Part shown: piece after piece, positions 32,575-45,833 of the stretch
Layout: each line of letters starts with the position of its first letter
How positions within the stretch are numbered: position 1 is the stretch's first letter
DNA from: Mytilus californianus
Taxonomy: Eukaryota
Reading direction: 5' to 3'
DNA: 64,000 nucleotides
NCBI RefSeq assembly: GCF_021869535.1
Contig: NW_026262690.1
Location: 50,158,001-50,222,000, forward strand
Notes under the pieces: generated by a model
The model's database searches: none
The model's input: the letters and a program-made list of their open reading frames with translations, nothing else
What the model was told of the DNA's origin: nothing
Position numbers and translations under genes: made by a program

Positions 32575-33090
32575 TATGTATATATATATATATATACAAG
32601 TCTAAATTGAAAACAACGTTCAAACCTATGATTGCGTTGGATAAAAACCGCAATTTTTATACTTGTGCATGCAAAACTTTCTTGGTAGAGGAGTCTAAAT
32701 ACAGCACAAACAACATTTTCCAAAAAAAAAAACAAAAAAGTGAAAAAGTATATTTTAACAAAACGCATTTGAGTAGCAAGTCGAACAACGGATGTTCTTA
32801 AACACTGCTGACTGCCATGGCGATTGCCAAATAAACGGATCACCAGATGTAATAAAATGGATCTTAATTATTAATTTAATACCAAACAGAAAACAATAAA
32901 CTTGCGGAAAAGATGGTATACCGCAAACATGAGGTACAAATATTGGTACACCATAACCGGATTTCGACAATTAATGTCTCTTCAGTGATGTTAGGAATCG
33001 AAACGGTATTTGGAAGGCCATATAATTTACCTCAATTTAGGATAGACTCTTGAATTTTGAAGAGTCGAAATAGGATGAACGGATCATATA
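32575..33090 (-). mobile_element. Hammerhead-bearing dispersed repeat, copy 2
   Basis: Reverse complement of 23220..23718; contains the HHR at 32948. Confidence 0.75.
32948..32991 (-). ncRNA. Minimal type I hammerhead ribozyme, one stem III mismatch
   Basis: Same as the 23317 motif but stem III reads ATCCGGTT. Confidence 0.75.
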
Positions 33091-33099
33091 TAACTACTC

Positions 33100-33390
33100 T
33101 AAATATGTTAACAATGTTAAATCTGCAAACTTGCGGAAGCAAATTTTTGTTCTTCCCTCCCCGGATTCGAACTCATGCTATTGGGATATCGAGACAACAC
33201 CGCCTGTACTGTGTCCAGCGCTATAGACCACACGGCCACCTAGACTGAACTTAAAATTCAGCTTTCGGTGGCCTAGTGTTACCTTTCCTCGTCAGTAGAA
33301 TTTAGAGTTGTAACACAGTACATGATATATTAGGCATGAAGATGGAATTGATTGCAGATTAGCTAAATTATATATCGTAAAGGATCGTAA
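33100..33390 (-). mobile_element. Second, partial copy of the tRNA-derived repeat
   Basis: A box TGGCCGTGTGG (33228-38) and B box GAGTTCGAATCC (33163-74) on the minus strand; homologous to 22870..23150. Confidence 0.7.
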
Positions 33391-33544
33391 GATGCAGTCA
33401 CAGAAATAAATATCTGGCATTATTTCAAAAAAAGATAGCATAAAAATAAATAGTACGGTAATAAATGACACTTACTTTTATACAGAACAAAATGAAACAA
33501 CGTTAACCAATGCAACCAAATTAGACGCTTCAAAAGGTATAATA

Positions 33545-33845
33545 ACAAAAATAACCGAACTCCAAGGAAAATTCCAAACGGAAAGTCCCTTATCAGATGG
33601 CAAAATCAAATCTCAAACACATCAAACGAATGGAAAACAACTGTCATATTCTTGACTTGGTACATGCATTTCCTTTTGAAGAAAATGGTGGATTAAAACT
33701 GGTTTTATAGCTAGCTAAACCTCTCACTTGTATGACAGTCGCATAGAATTCCATTACATTGACAGCAATGTGTGAGCAAAACAAACAGATATGATAGGTA
33801 AAAATGTCAAAAATTGGGGAACAGCAGTCAACATTGTGTTATAAT
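33545..33845 (+). repeat. Dispersed repeat (GAACTCC.AGGAAAATTC.AAACGGAAAGTCCCT family)
   Basis: Homologous to the minus-strand fragment at 36893..36970 that truncates A6. Confidence 0.7.
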
Positions 33846-35035
33846 GCAATAGCAGGTTGACTCGAACATTTGTTACTGAGTATGTAAAGTTGAAAGTTGA
33901 ACAAGATCGTGTCTTCATATATAATTTCGGACACTGCTTATTGAATTCAACTCCAAGGTGCAGCCACCAATATTGGAGTTAAGGAATTATTTACCTCAGG
34001 TTAAGAACTTTGAGCTACTTTCAGTTTCTATGAGCTTGCTCTGGTGCAGTGTTGATTAGTAATGATTTGCATGCTTGTACGTTTGTTATATTCTTATCTA
34101 TTATTCTGGTATTATAGAGCCAAGTGTTATGTTGAGTTTTAGATGTCCTTTGATTTTATAACGTTGTGTTGCTTTCTAATTGACGTATATTCCACTTCTC
34201 CTTTTATTAGTTCACCTGGCCCAATAATGTTCAGCAAAGTAAGATCTACAAATAACAATGAAGTTCTCAGCCATAAGATTTTCTAATCGTGTAAAGTTGG
34301 AATTATTGTATGTTGTCTTTGTTTCTTTTTTACATATCTTAGTTGTATTGTTTTGTATTTTGCTATTTGATATGCCCTGTTCATATGATCTTTATTGGCC
34401 TTTCTTAAGGCCCACGTTTGGTCTGAGTTTAATTACTAGTAATATGAGTACAATAAGTTTACATGGTGTGGTTCAGTCGTGTTGGGAGGGGTATATGATG
34501 GATGTGAATAATCAAAAGGCACCCGGAGATATTAAAATATGATACTAGCATCGCCTTTATTGTTATTCTTTATCTGAACAGTTACTGGAAGGTTTTACAC
34601 TACTAGTATCATGCTCTATTGAACCTACTCTTAAAAATTTCCGTGTCGGTTTTTAGCATAAAATATAATAGCTACACTTTCATAATCAACAATGTTTTAC
34701 TCTATTTATTGGGATATTAACTCGTCACAGTGTATTTATACAAATCTTTTCTATGAATGTGGTCAAAATATTTATTTTGTTTCTTTTCACAGTTCTATAA
34801 TATAAGATGGAAAAAAATGTCAGTAAATAGTAAAACAATCGACACAGAAAAATAACGAAACAAAAACAATAAACACATATAACGCTGCAATTAGAAAAAT
34901 ATATTCCTACATCTATTTAGCAAACTGATGCTATATGCATTTGTTTGATAAGGAAGCCGGTAAGTACAACGGTATTTTTTAACCAAGGCTACGTAACCCG
35001 TATTAACTACTAAGTTAACTCGTTATCACAATTAA

Positions 35036-35654
35036 GGGCATACGATACAGTTACAGGGGAGGTAATGACGTTGCTAACGTAAATTGTCATTTTCGCGACG
35101 TCAAACTGTGACTTACCGGGAAAAGATGCAGTTTTCGACTGATTTTATCATTCAAACTGATTTAACTTGAAAACGAGTTCATGGACCCCTCTTTTTTAAA
35201 ATGACATTTGGTTTGATTACGTAGGAAGATTATGTGTACCAATTTTCATGAAAAAGTCAATAGTGCAATTTTTTTAATTTGATAAATATACAGCAAAAAT
35301 GACGTTTTTTCTACATTCATGAACATTTGATAAATATGAGTTATTTGTAAAAATAAAATGTACAAATTTATAGAAAATCTATATAAAACAGAAATTACAA
35401 ATAATTTAACAAAAAACAGTTTGTGTTTATCTTTTAAAACAAAAAAGTTATGTAATTCTGTCGAAAGGTAAAATACGTCCACAAATCCGAATTTTGAGGA
35501 AATATCTGAAATTTCAACCTCAATTTACTCAAAAATTAGCACATGATGGTATATTTTTTATTACACATTTGATTTAATCAGGTAATAAAATAGCCTATAT
35601 GCAAATTTTCATCAAAATTTCACTGTTATGGGATCAAAACTGTATCGTATGCCC
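35036..35654. mobile_element. TTAA-flanked MITE K1 (Kolobok-like)
   Basis: Perfect 17-bp TIR GGGCATACGATACAGTT; TTAA at 35032-35 and 35655-58. Confidence 0.85.
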
Positions 35655-35658
35655 TTAA

Positions 35659-36385
35659 GGATGTATTCTTCTGACGTTTCGGTCTCGTTGAAATCTCGTT
35701 CTGGAATTATTTCCAAAACATGTGATACAAGGGAAAATATCACTGAATTTAAAAAATATTATAATCAAACATAACCCTGTGAAAAAAATGTGTATTTACA
35801 ATAAGTAGTTTTTGAGTAATAAAATTTTCAAATTATATAACCAATCAAGTCCATGTCATTAGCCAAAATGTTGAGAAAATGGGTGAGGGGTACAAGAAAT
35901 GATTTTACCAGATACGTGTACATCCCATATCAATTTTTTCTTTTCAAATTTCTTATATATGTATTTTTTCAATCATTTATAACAAAGAAGTTGAAATAAT
36001 AGGCTTTTTGTTCAAAATTGACAACATGGTAAATTTGATACGAAAAAGCAACAACATTTTATAAAACTTTCTTATATTAACACCTACCCATAGTTTTTTT
36101 AAGTTAAATTTATTCAGATTGGTCCACTCCATCTTTAGTGAAAGTATGAAGAAAAGATTAATTGATTTTTTTCATGATAATAGCCCAAAAATGGGTAAAA
36201 ATTGATGAAAAATTGGAAAATCATCAAAATTGGGTACTTTCAAATAGCTGTAGCAAAAAAAGAAGTGCACCACCATATGATTTTTTCTTCACCAATTATT
36301 TTTTTACAGTCATATAAACCCACAAATTAGGTTAAGAAAAAAAGTTTAATTCTAGAAATTTTTGGCTCCTCAGAGGTGTACATCC
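35659..36385. mobile_element. TTAA-flanked MITE K2 (Kolobok-like), copy 1
   Basis: GGATGTA termini; TTAA at 35655-58 and 36386-89; full-length homology to 47499..48263 in reverse orientation. Confidence 0.85.
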
Positions 36386-36389
36386 TTAA

Positions 36390-36612
36390 GCTAAGTCGTT
36401 ATCACGACTTAGTAAATCGTTATAACGACTTAGCCAACTCGTTATCACGTCTAAGTAGCTCATTATAACGACTTAGTTTACTCAAAATTAACTTGAGTCG
36501 TTATAACGATCGAGCTAAGTCGATATAACGAGATGACTAAGTCGTTAATTCGAGTAATTAAGACGTGCTAACGAGTTAACTTAGTCGTTATAACGAATTA
36601 ACTAAGTCTTGA
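36390..36612. repeat. Degenerate ~20-22-bp minisatellite of palindromic units (CTAAGTCGTTATAACGACTTAG-like)
   Basis: It begins at about 35008, is interrupted by K1+K2, and resumes at 36390. Confidence 0.75.
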
Positions 36613-36892
36613 AATAACCTGTAACCTGACAATAACCGGCTTCCGTAGTTTTAACACATATTTTCATTATCTGCTTGTATTTTTTAACATTTAGACGCAT
36701 TGCGCGCAAGTATAAGCGATATCCGATACCAATCTTCCCCTCCGATGATTGTGTTTCGTCTTGAACATTCAGACAACATTCTGTAATGCCGTCAGACATT
36801 ATAACATCCTAAGGGCCTTTTCGTTTTGAACATATCTGTCATTAAATTCAGGCTTTCATGTATTCCATCACCTCTCAGTGCACTGTCTCCTC

Positions 36893-36970
36893 AATTTTGA
36901 TTTTGCCATTTGATTAGGGACTTTCCGTTTTGCATTTTCCTCGGAATTCAGTATTTTTGTGATTTTACTT
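36893..36970 (-). repeat. Repeat end fused to A6 exon 2
   Basis: AAAGTAAAATCACAAAAATACTGAATTCCGAGGAAAATGCAAAACGGAAAGTCCCTAATC directly follows the DVGG codons. Confidence 0.75.
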
Positions 36971-37438
36971 TCCACCAACATCCCATATGGAAAATTTAAC
37001 ATCTTTAAATGCGTTGACAGTTTCAACATAAAACCCAATTGTAGGTATTGTAGTCTTAAGATCCACGTTTTTATACTTGTATAACAATCTAGTTTTTCCT
37101 TGGAAATAAAAATATGTTTAAAGACTAAGCAGAATAATTATAAACGTGGAAAGTAAATAAAAGTACAATACAACAATTTCAGTACAAATGTTATCAAAAT
37201 TCTGAACTTACAATTAGTGTGTATATACAAATATACACGTATACGTCTTATATTTAACACATTTATCTACATGTATATCCACATTTAAATGTTCAATACA
37301 AAGATGACTTGGTTCATCATACTAATTAAGAAAGTAACATGCTTCCTATAAATGAAAGATTCGAAACATGATTGCAACTTTTAAATTTCACCGCATTTCG
37401 AGTTTGAATCCGACTGTTTATCTGAGCTGATAAAACAT

Positions 37439-38700
37439 CAGGGGCGTAGGTAGGCCGATATGATGTGTACTCAATGCCGGAGGAGTAAGTGAAACGGCAG
37501 GGGTTCTTGGGACTTTAAATGACCTAACCGAAATCTTATTTTCTTGAGTAACAAGTAAACTTTTGGAAAAAAATAGAAAAAAAAAATATTAATTACAGAA
37601 AAAAACAATGAAGTACTGCTGGCTTAGGAATTTGGATGTTCTAATGTGTAGTGGGTTGAGCCTGGGAACAGTATGTTTGAGCTTGATTAAATTAAATTAA
37701 AAATATTATTCGTTGCTAGTTAGTTTAGGTTAAAAGGGGTGGTACTTGCACGAAAAAAACGTTAAATACAAAGAAGGAATAACAATTTCACGGTGAACGA
37801 GAAATAATTTCGTCCATGAACGTTGATAAAAAAAGTACTATAACGAACGCATATCGTAGGTTGGAAACCTTTAACTGGCAAGTATATAATCTGAGACTAC
37901 TATAACATATGTGTTATAGTAGTCTCAGATATAATATATACGTTTTAAGTCCCGAAATCTGAATCAAATCTATAAGAAAAATCATCAAATTATTTCCGAT
38001 TACTTTTTATTAACTTCCTAAACGATAGTCAGTCATTTAATTTTACCAAGCATAGAATACAAGCACTTTAAATCTCGAAGCATGGAAAATAAGCACTTTT
38101 AATCTCGAAGCACGTATAATATTAAGTTGGAAACACTTTGAACGAGGCACCCGTCTTGCACAACCGAACGTAAAAATAAAAAAAAAGTCAAAACTCGATG
38201 ATCGTCAATTTAAAAAAAAAAAAAAAAAAAAAACGGCAAGCACTATGCACGAAAATTATCCTTTACCAAACCCGTTAAACTTAAGTCAGACTGGACTGTT
38301 TAAAAAAATCTGTTATATATGACAACGTATGTAATTAAGACCATACATACCTCACATGAAAATCATGAGAATGAATCGTTGTCCATGGTCTCTTTAGAAC
38401 GTCATATTTTATTTCGTCAGTTATTTTGAAATCTTCAGAAAAGATGTCAGGACTGGGTAAGGAGGCATAGAATTGTTTTCTGACACCTCGAGGACCATTT
38501 TAATTGTTTGCATCAGCAACATAATCATGATGCTGGTTCCGTAAATTAAAAGTAATTTCAGGAACGGAATATAGCAACATAGTTTTTAATTTAATTTATT
38601 ACTTTAGTTTTATTCCTACTAGATTTACCATATTTTTATTTTTGTAAAATTTTCGATGTGTACGCAACTGCGTTTTTGCGTACGGGTTGCTACGCGCCTG
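37439..38700. mobile_element. Non-autonomous DNA transposon, CAGG termini, 5-bp TSD AACAT, in intron 1 of A6
   Basis: Left end CAGGGGCGTAG; right end read inward CAGGCGCGTAG; AACAT at 37434-38 and 38701-05. Confidence 0.7.
37889..37930. other. Perfect 19-bp stem, 4-nt loop hairpin
   Basis: ATCTGAGACTACTATAACA-TATG-TGTTATAGTAGTCTCAGAT, inside the 37439..38700 element. Confidence 0.9.
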
Positions 38701-39396
38701 AACATCAACTTACTTTTGCAGCGTTTGTCATTTATTCAGAAATCAGTGTAGCACTTATAGCTACTTAAAACCAAGACTTAAACATTACATATATACAGAC
38801 TTAAACATAACATATGTATATACAAAAAAAAAAACAATAACAAAATGTCAACTTTTTAAAAAGCACATAAAGTGTTACCGTTGGATTTCTACCGTTAAGA
38901 CACACCTTTACTATTCGATTTAGAATAAATACACTTACCTACCGCGTCTAAACCAAGCATCATAACCTTTAACGGTTTTTGACCATTTAACAAATAAAAC
39001 CAAAAACTATTAAACTTCGACACTAATATCCCCATGTTGTTAAGCAGATGACTTCTACATGTAAAACTTTCAACGTGTTTTTATGATGTCGATATTTCCT
39101 TTATAGGTTCGGTTAACCTAAGATCAGTGTATTTACAGTTCGTAAAAATCTATTTTAAATATAATATAGTAGGTAATAATCCTGAAAATATTGAAATTAG
39201 CAGACACAGCCGCATTGTATTCGTTTTTTTTTCTTTCTCTCTGTAAACTATCAATATGATTCGATGGTATAAATATGATCTCTTTCTGATAATTTTACTT
39301 ACAGTTTATTACCGGCATTAACAGTTTTACAATAATAATTCATTACAGGAAGATTTTTGTATTTATGATAGTTATTTATGATAGAAATTAAATATA

Positions 39397-39710
39397 AAAA
39401 TAAGAAGATGTGGCATGATTGCCAATGAGACAATTCTCCATCAGATACCAAATGACCTAGAAGTTAACGCCTTAAACGAGTAGCAAAACCCATACCGCAT
39501 AGTAAGTTATAAAAGGACCTGAAATGACAATTGTAAAACAATTCGAACGAGAAAACTAACGGCCCGATTTATGTACAAAATAATGAACGAAAAACAAATA
39601 TGATATACAGCAAAAACGACATCACTGAATTATAGGATCCTGACTTGGGACAGGCACATAAAGAATGTGGCGGAATTAAACATGTTTGCTGGCGCCAAAC
39701 CCTCCCCCTA
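39397..39710 (+). repeat. Sister dispersed family, near full-length copy
   Basis: Colinear with 24021..24319. Confidence 0.8.
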
Positions 39711-41204
39711 AAATGTTTACAATTGAAAAGACGAGGCTTTCCGGGTAATTCAACATTTAAACATTTAAAACTTAAAAAAAAAAACGAGAGTGGATAAAAA
39801 TCATCATTAATGGGATACAGATGTTGAATATTTTTCTCTAATGATTTAATATAAAGTTTAAGTGTAATCCGAATGTGTTTCGCGATTATTTAATTGACGT
39901 GTTGTTCATAAGAAAAGATCCAATTTGATTTAAACGTGCAATGACTTAGAGAGAAAAAATATATATGGGTATGAACAAAACAATTGAATACAGGGATATT
40001 TGTTTTTATAGCTGATTGAGAACAAATGTTAGCGCGTACAACCAATTTGGTCTGTTTGTGAAAAAAAATCTGATTTCGTTCATGGCCGAACATTACAAAT
40101 TATAACGAAACCCATCGCAAATATTGCCGTAATAGCATAACAAAAAAATTTGTTTTCCTCTATGAATATTATGCTACCTACCAATTTCAAAAGAAACTCT
40201 TATGTATTACTAAAAGTAAAACTTAAGGAAATCAAGGACGTATAACTAATATACGTCCTCGAGGAGATGGTGTAGTATCGGATTGCCAGTCAGACAACTA
40301 TCCTCCATAATCCAAATGACGCGTATTTCAAACACGAGTAAAACTTATATCGTATAGTCAGCTTTAAAATGCCGCGATATGACAAAATATATACCAATTC
40401 AAGGAGAAAAAAACAACGACCTGATTCATGACAGAACAATAAACGCTGAAAAACAGGGTACTCCGGGACTTGGGACAGTCACTTATATTTTGTGGTACAG
40501 TTAAACAAGCTGGTTAGCGGCCAATCCTCTTCTAACCTGGAACAATGTTGTAACAGTCCAACATAAGAACAAGCTGTAAAAATCAGTTGGAAATGGCCTG
40601 ACTCATAATAACTAATAAGTAAATCATTTTCTCCCAGACTTATATTTCAATCGTACACATTTAACAGATTAAGATTAAAGACGTCAAAAATAGCCTGAAA
40701 AAGCATGACCTTGTTCAAAGCTAGAATATAAGTACATCATATCGATTGGATGTGGGACCATACTATAAGTTATATAGTTTGCTGCTGGCCCCTTGCAGGT
40801 CCATATAGGGTTCGTAAAAGCCATAGGGAGTGAGGCCGTAGGCCGAATCCCCTATGGATTTTATTTAACCTCTATGGATCCGTAGGGGGTCAGTAGCGAA
40901 CCGTATAACAAATTTATCGCATAGGACTTTTCCTGCCAAGTTTTGTATAAAATGTTAAAATAAACAATGAAATACATAAAAAAAACAATAATAGTAGACG
41001 TGACGTCACGCTACCCGTATGGAATCTACTGACCCCATACGGATCCATACGGAGATCACCAAGTGACGGCGTTAAACCAATCACATTGTCACTTATTTAC
41101 CCGAGGTGCGATCAGTTTTCATAAATGTGCCGTAATACATTTTTAGTTTGAATTTCATTTTTTAAAAACAATATCAAAAGTTCTTACTACGGTGTTCTGT
41201 TGGC

Positions 41205-41470
41205 TTTCTTGAAGCTTACTTTGTTTAAAGGATTAACGATTTTAGATGATCGGTTTTAAATCTACGGTATTTATAAACAACATTACCATAAAAATTTTGA
41301 TGTGATATCCCGTTTGTAATTAGAAATTTACAGGCTCAGTAAAAATTTCAAACAAATTCTGTGTATCTGTGACGAAATTAAGTAAATTAAAGTATTAAAT
41401 AATTTATGGTAACGAAATCCCCAACTCAATAAATTGCCAGTTATACATACATTACGTTCATTGACATCCA
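41205..41470 (-). mobile_element. Diverged inverted fragment of the RT C-terminal region
   Basis: The reverse complement aligns by eye with 42705..42975 (AATGAACGTAAT..ACTGG..GGATTTCGTT.CCATAAATT). Confidence 0.7.
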
Positions 41471-41529
41471 AACCGTCATTACATGTTCTGTTTGGTATGA
41501 TATATAAAAAACAGTAATACCGTAAGTCG

Positions 41530-43400
41530 TAACGACATGGAAACAGGCATAGCGGTTTGTGTTCGTACCGGCAGACAAAGCAGCCAATAATGTAGTGGTA
41601 GTGTGACGCATATACTACACGGAATTTCTTCAAAACGAAATTACCAATTCTTCTACATTCAGGTCAGTACGCTCCACAGAGAGTCAAATTGTAAACAAGC
41701 ATATCACTGCCACTACCGAGCTTAAAGCCTCTTCCGAACATTTGAAAGTCCCGAATATGTACTGGTTACCTAAATTACACAAACAACCATTTAGATTCCA
41801 TTTCAACTCCGCATCTAGTAAGTGTTCTACTACTAATCTGTCAGTGCTTCTAACTATCTCCCTTACTACTATCATAGAACTTGTTATTAACTTTTGTATT
41901 AAAGCTTATGAAAATAATGGTATTAATTATTTTTGGAGTGTTAAAAATTCTTTAGAGGTTTTAGATAAAATACGTGCTTTTGATGGTCCTTTTAATTCTG
42001 TTGACAGTTATGATTTTTCTACTCTCTACACTACACTTCCACACAATCTTATCAAGACAAAGTTTTCATATTTAATTAAATGGTCTTTTGAAAAATCTCA
42101 TTGCAAATTTATTTGCTGTAACTCGTTTAAAGCCTTTTTCTGTAACAAAAAAGGAAAGTATGCTAGATACACTTACTGGAAATGTGAAGATATGATTGAA
42201 GCTTTAAATTTTCTCCTGGACAACATATATGTACGTTTCGGCGATAAAGTGTATCGACAGGTAATAGGTATTCCTATGGGCACTAATTACGCCCCTTTAA
42301 TAATAGATTTATTCCTGTATTGATATGAATCTCAGTTTATGACCAAACTCAGTAAAGACACGTCATTGTTACATTTGGTTGATACATTCAACAATACCAA
42401 CCGTTATCTTGATGATATTTTTTCGTTAAATAATCCAGAGTTCTCTAAATATACTACCGAAATTTACCCAAAGGAACTTACCTTAAATAAATCTAACATA
42501 AACAGCAGTAGTTGTCCTTTTCTAGATTTGGACATTTCAATTTCTAAAGGGAAACTCCAAACTAAAATTTACGACAGAAGAGACGATTTTTCATTCCCTA
42601 TTGTTAATTTTCCTTTTTAAGACGGCGATGTTCCTTTGGTTCCATCATACGGTGTTTATATATCCCAACACGTTCGTTATGCCCGTGTTTGTAGTGATGT
42701 CATAGATTTTAACGAACGTAATCAGTGCATCACTGGTAAATTATTAAGTCAGGGATTTCGTTGCCATAAATTACTTAAAACTTTTACTAAATTCTTTCAT
42801 AGATACAAAGATTTGATTAGTAAATTTGGCTGTACCTGTAAAACAGTATTTCACATCCTAAATTTTACGGTAATACTGTACTAAAAGCGCGGAAATCACA
42901 ATGTGATCTGTGTAAACTCACCGAACCTTTAAACAAACTTTTAAGTAAAGGTTATCTAACCAATGTTGTAATTAGATCTTTGAATATAGTTTACATTGGC
43001 ACAAATATCGATTTTGCCATCAGCAAATTAGAACATAACTAAATTTGTATTCTTTTCAAACGGTTTTTTTTGGGGATGTATAAATACACATCCACGTTCA
43101 TTTTCTATATAGAGATTACTCTATCTATATATATATAACATTATACATATTTATTAAAGGTTAACACCTAACTATCCTACTGCCTGTCGATACTTTTATT
43201 TTGGCATTGCACAAGTCATGTCTTCTTTGACTGTCCATGACGTTTAAACACTAAATCCTTGGGATGTGTTTTAGTTGATTTTAGTCTCTGATGCATGATT
43301 TTTTATTATTAATTGTTTTTGGCTTTTAACTAGCTTTCAGTAACTGCGAGTACTCTCAAATCGTACTTTCGTGTTAATTTGACCTGTTGATACAATTTGT
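41530..43400 (+). mobile_element. Decayed Penelope-like retroelement, reverse transcriptase
   Basis: One frame reads FVPADKAANN (41562), YWLPKLHK, RQVIGIPMGTNYAP, RYLDDIF, KIYDRRDDFSFPIVNF. It has in-frame stops at 41604, 42321 and 42618 and a later frameshift. No GIY-YIG domain seen. Confidence 0.88.
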
Positions 43401-43878
43401 AATGCATTTTTGTTATCTAATGTTTACTTATTTATTGTTATATCTCGTCTCACTATTTTTAATATGTACCACCTTTGATAAGTGTTTGGTATGACGATAA
43501 ACTTTTCAACTTCTGTTCTCGTACTTTGAACAACAAAATCATTTATTTTGTAAAAAATATTTTCGTACTCCATGTATACCTTACAACAAATTTATTTTTA
43601 TTTACCTGTGTACGTTATTTTATTTGGCGGCATTTTGTTATAGTTGTCTTTCTGATATTGTTTTACATCTCAACCCCTTTTTTTTATTAATTTTGTATTT
43701 ACATTGTGTCATAGATCAAATGTATTCGTTCAGTGTATGTTCACTTGTTTTTGTTAATATGTCTTTTGATTGAGTTAAGCCATTTCAATTGATAATTTAT
43801 AGTGTGTCCCTCTATGTTGTGATGTTACACTATTGTTTCATGTTAGGGTGAAGGTTGGCGCCTATAAATACGTTTAAA

Positions 43879-43990
43879 CCAAGCTCTGTGTTGAAGGCCG
43901 AACTTTGACCTATAATGATTTAATTTTACAATTTGTGACTTAGATGGAGAGTTGTCTCATTGGCACTCATACCCCATCTTCTTATATCTA
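43879..43990 (-). repeat. Same dispersed family, fragment
   Basis: GAGAGTTGTCTCATTGGCACTCATACC end. Confidence 0.75.
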
Positions 43991-44874
43991 TAGTGTGTAA
44001 AGAACGGTATTATCAATGATAATACACATAAAGAAGACTTTGTAGTGTTATACAGTAATATAATCTTGATTGGTGCATCCTGGCGTAATTCGACATGCTT
44101 GGTTTCAAATTATTTTAGAATAAAAAAGGAAATTATCGTATCATTAAAAACAAGTTTAAGGAAAACATTCTTTAATTATATTGATTAACAGCATATTACA
44201 ACCTTTAGTTTAAAACAGTATAAAATAACACAAATATTGTATCATATAAAATACATATCCTGTTAATAAGACGTTTCTGTCTTACGACTGTACAAACAAT
44301 CCAATAAAAATGTCAGTGTTGATATCTTTTGTGGTCAAAAATTAATCACATTAGATAGTTACGTAGCTGGATACTGATGTGACAAATTTTGTAAACTTTC
44401 TTTGGTAGGGAATTCATGCAATATGAACCAAATTGAAAAGAAAAATAAATTCGTTAAGAATTCATTAAGAATTCATTAAGTATAAAAGACAATGAGGATG
44501 TCTACGTTAAAGTAGCATACGTTAAACTAGCATAGGATATTTTTCTATGTTTTATTTTTAAATATATATTGTTAGAAATAGTATCATAGTAACATGAGTC
44601 ATACATGACATTTAATCAACAATGAATTCTGGTGATATTCTTGTTCACTATGTTGGTCGATGGTGACGGTTCTTAGAACACTGTCTAAGTTTGGGTAATT
44701 TTGTCCCTATCTAAGACCCATATCACACTTATCACATAACTTCTGATCTAGCTTGAACCAACAAGAACAAAATACATAAACTACGTGTTGTGTTTGTACC
44801 TACTAACCATCAGGACAAATTATACCAACTCTGTGTTATGTTTTTATGGTCAATATCAAAAATTTATGATAAAG

Positions 44875-45115
44875 AAGATAAGTTCAATTTTCCCACTGTG
44901 AACTTTCTATTTCTGTGCCTGAAAATGGAGTATATATCTAGCAGTTGATATAATATTCCAGGGGTTTCCTTTAATATCATGACTTCGTCGATGGAGGGTT
45001 ACTGATTACAACCAAGCTATTAGACCAAGAGTTCCAAATGGTAAAGTTGAAGTTGTTCCTTCGATTTTTTTACGGACGCTATCGTGATTTAGTTGACAAA
45101 TATGGAATATCTGTA
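44875..45115 (+). mobile_element. Penelope-like RT C-terminal remnant
   Basis: Resembles the DDF.F.IVNF / GVYISQ / KLL.Q..Q.VKLK..LR.FYGRY segment of the 42.6-kb element. Confidence 0.6.
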
Positions 45116-45689
45116 TCACCTGTAAAGGCCATGAGGACTAACAACACACCCTATGGACAAAATACACTAAATGTGGGTTTTGCTTGTATATCACAAACTT
45201 TTGGGGGCAAAACGTATATGTTCACCACATGGAAAAAATATACAACTCTGTGATTCGTTTGTACCTATATTATCAGAGACCCACTACTATAAAAATCTGT
45301 GTTTTGTTTATACCTACAAACCATACCTATACTGACAACAGTCACCGATTATTATGTTTTTGTATTTTATTCCTTTTTTCAAATCATAGGGACAACACAC
45401 AATACAATCGCGTGTTTAGCCACTTCATTGAATATATTAATACTGAGTATGTATACATGAATATACTTAACGTATATATATTTATGGATACATTTTCAAA
45501 TAAAAAAATAAAATAACAACAAAAAGACAAAAAACAAAACAGAGCAAGATAAAACAAAAAACCTTGTGATTCTAATTTCGGTGTTTTCAGGATATTTTGT
45601 TTTATGACTTACACAACAAAAAGTGTGGAAAACTAAAATCTTAAGTGTTTGAGAACATAAAAACCATAGGGCCCAAACAGACAAATGTC

Positions 45690-45833
45690 GGCCCTTTATA
45701 GCTTGCTGTTCGATGTGAGCCAAGGCTCCGTGTTGAAGGCCGTTCTTTGACCTATAATGGTTTACTTTTACAAATTGTGACTTGGATGGAGAGTTGTCTC
45801 ATTGGCACTCATACCACATCTTCTTATATCTAT
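45690..45833 (-). repeat. Same dispersed family, fragment
   Basis: GGAGAGTTGTCTCATTGGCACTCATACCACATCTTCTTAT end. Confidence 0.8.

Larger units (their letters stand above)
36965..39035 (-). pseudogene. Truncated ARF-like locus A6 (exon 1 plus broken exon 2)
   Basis: Exon 1 38939..39035 (MGILVSKF..GLDAVG|GTAAGT). Exon 2 starts at 37098 ([21 protein letters not shown]) and then runs into a dispersed repeat, giving AAG TAA (stop 36965-36967). I found no exon 3 or 4 between 31.9 and 36.9 kb. Confidence 0.85.

Noticed and set aside
33163-33240. Functional tRNA gene
   Set aside because: A and B boxes are present but there is no convincing cloverleaf or acceptor stem, and it lies in a repeated module.
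33900-33960. NKQ-like codons as a lost exon 3 of A6
   Set aside because: It reads FNKQC with no flanking ARF homology and no splice sites.
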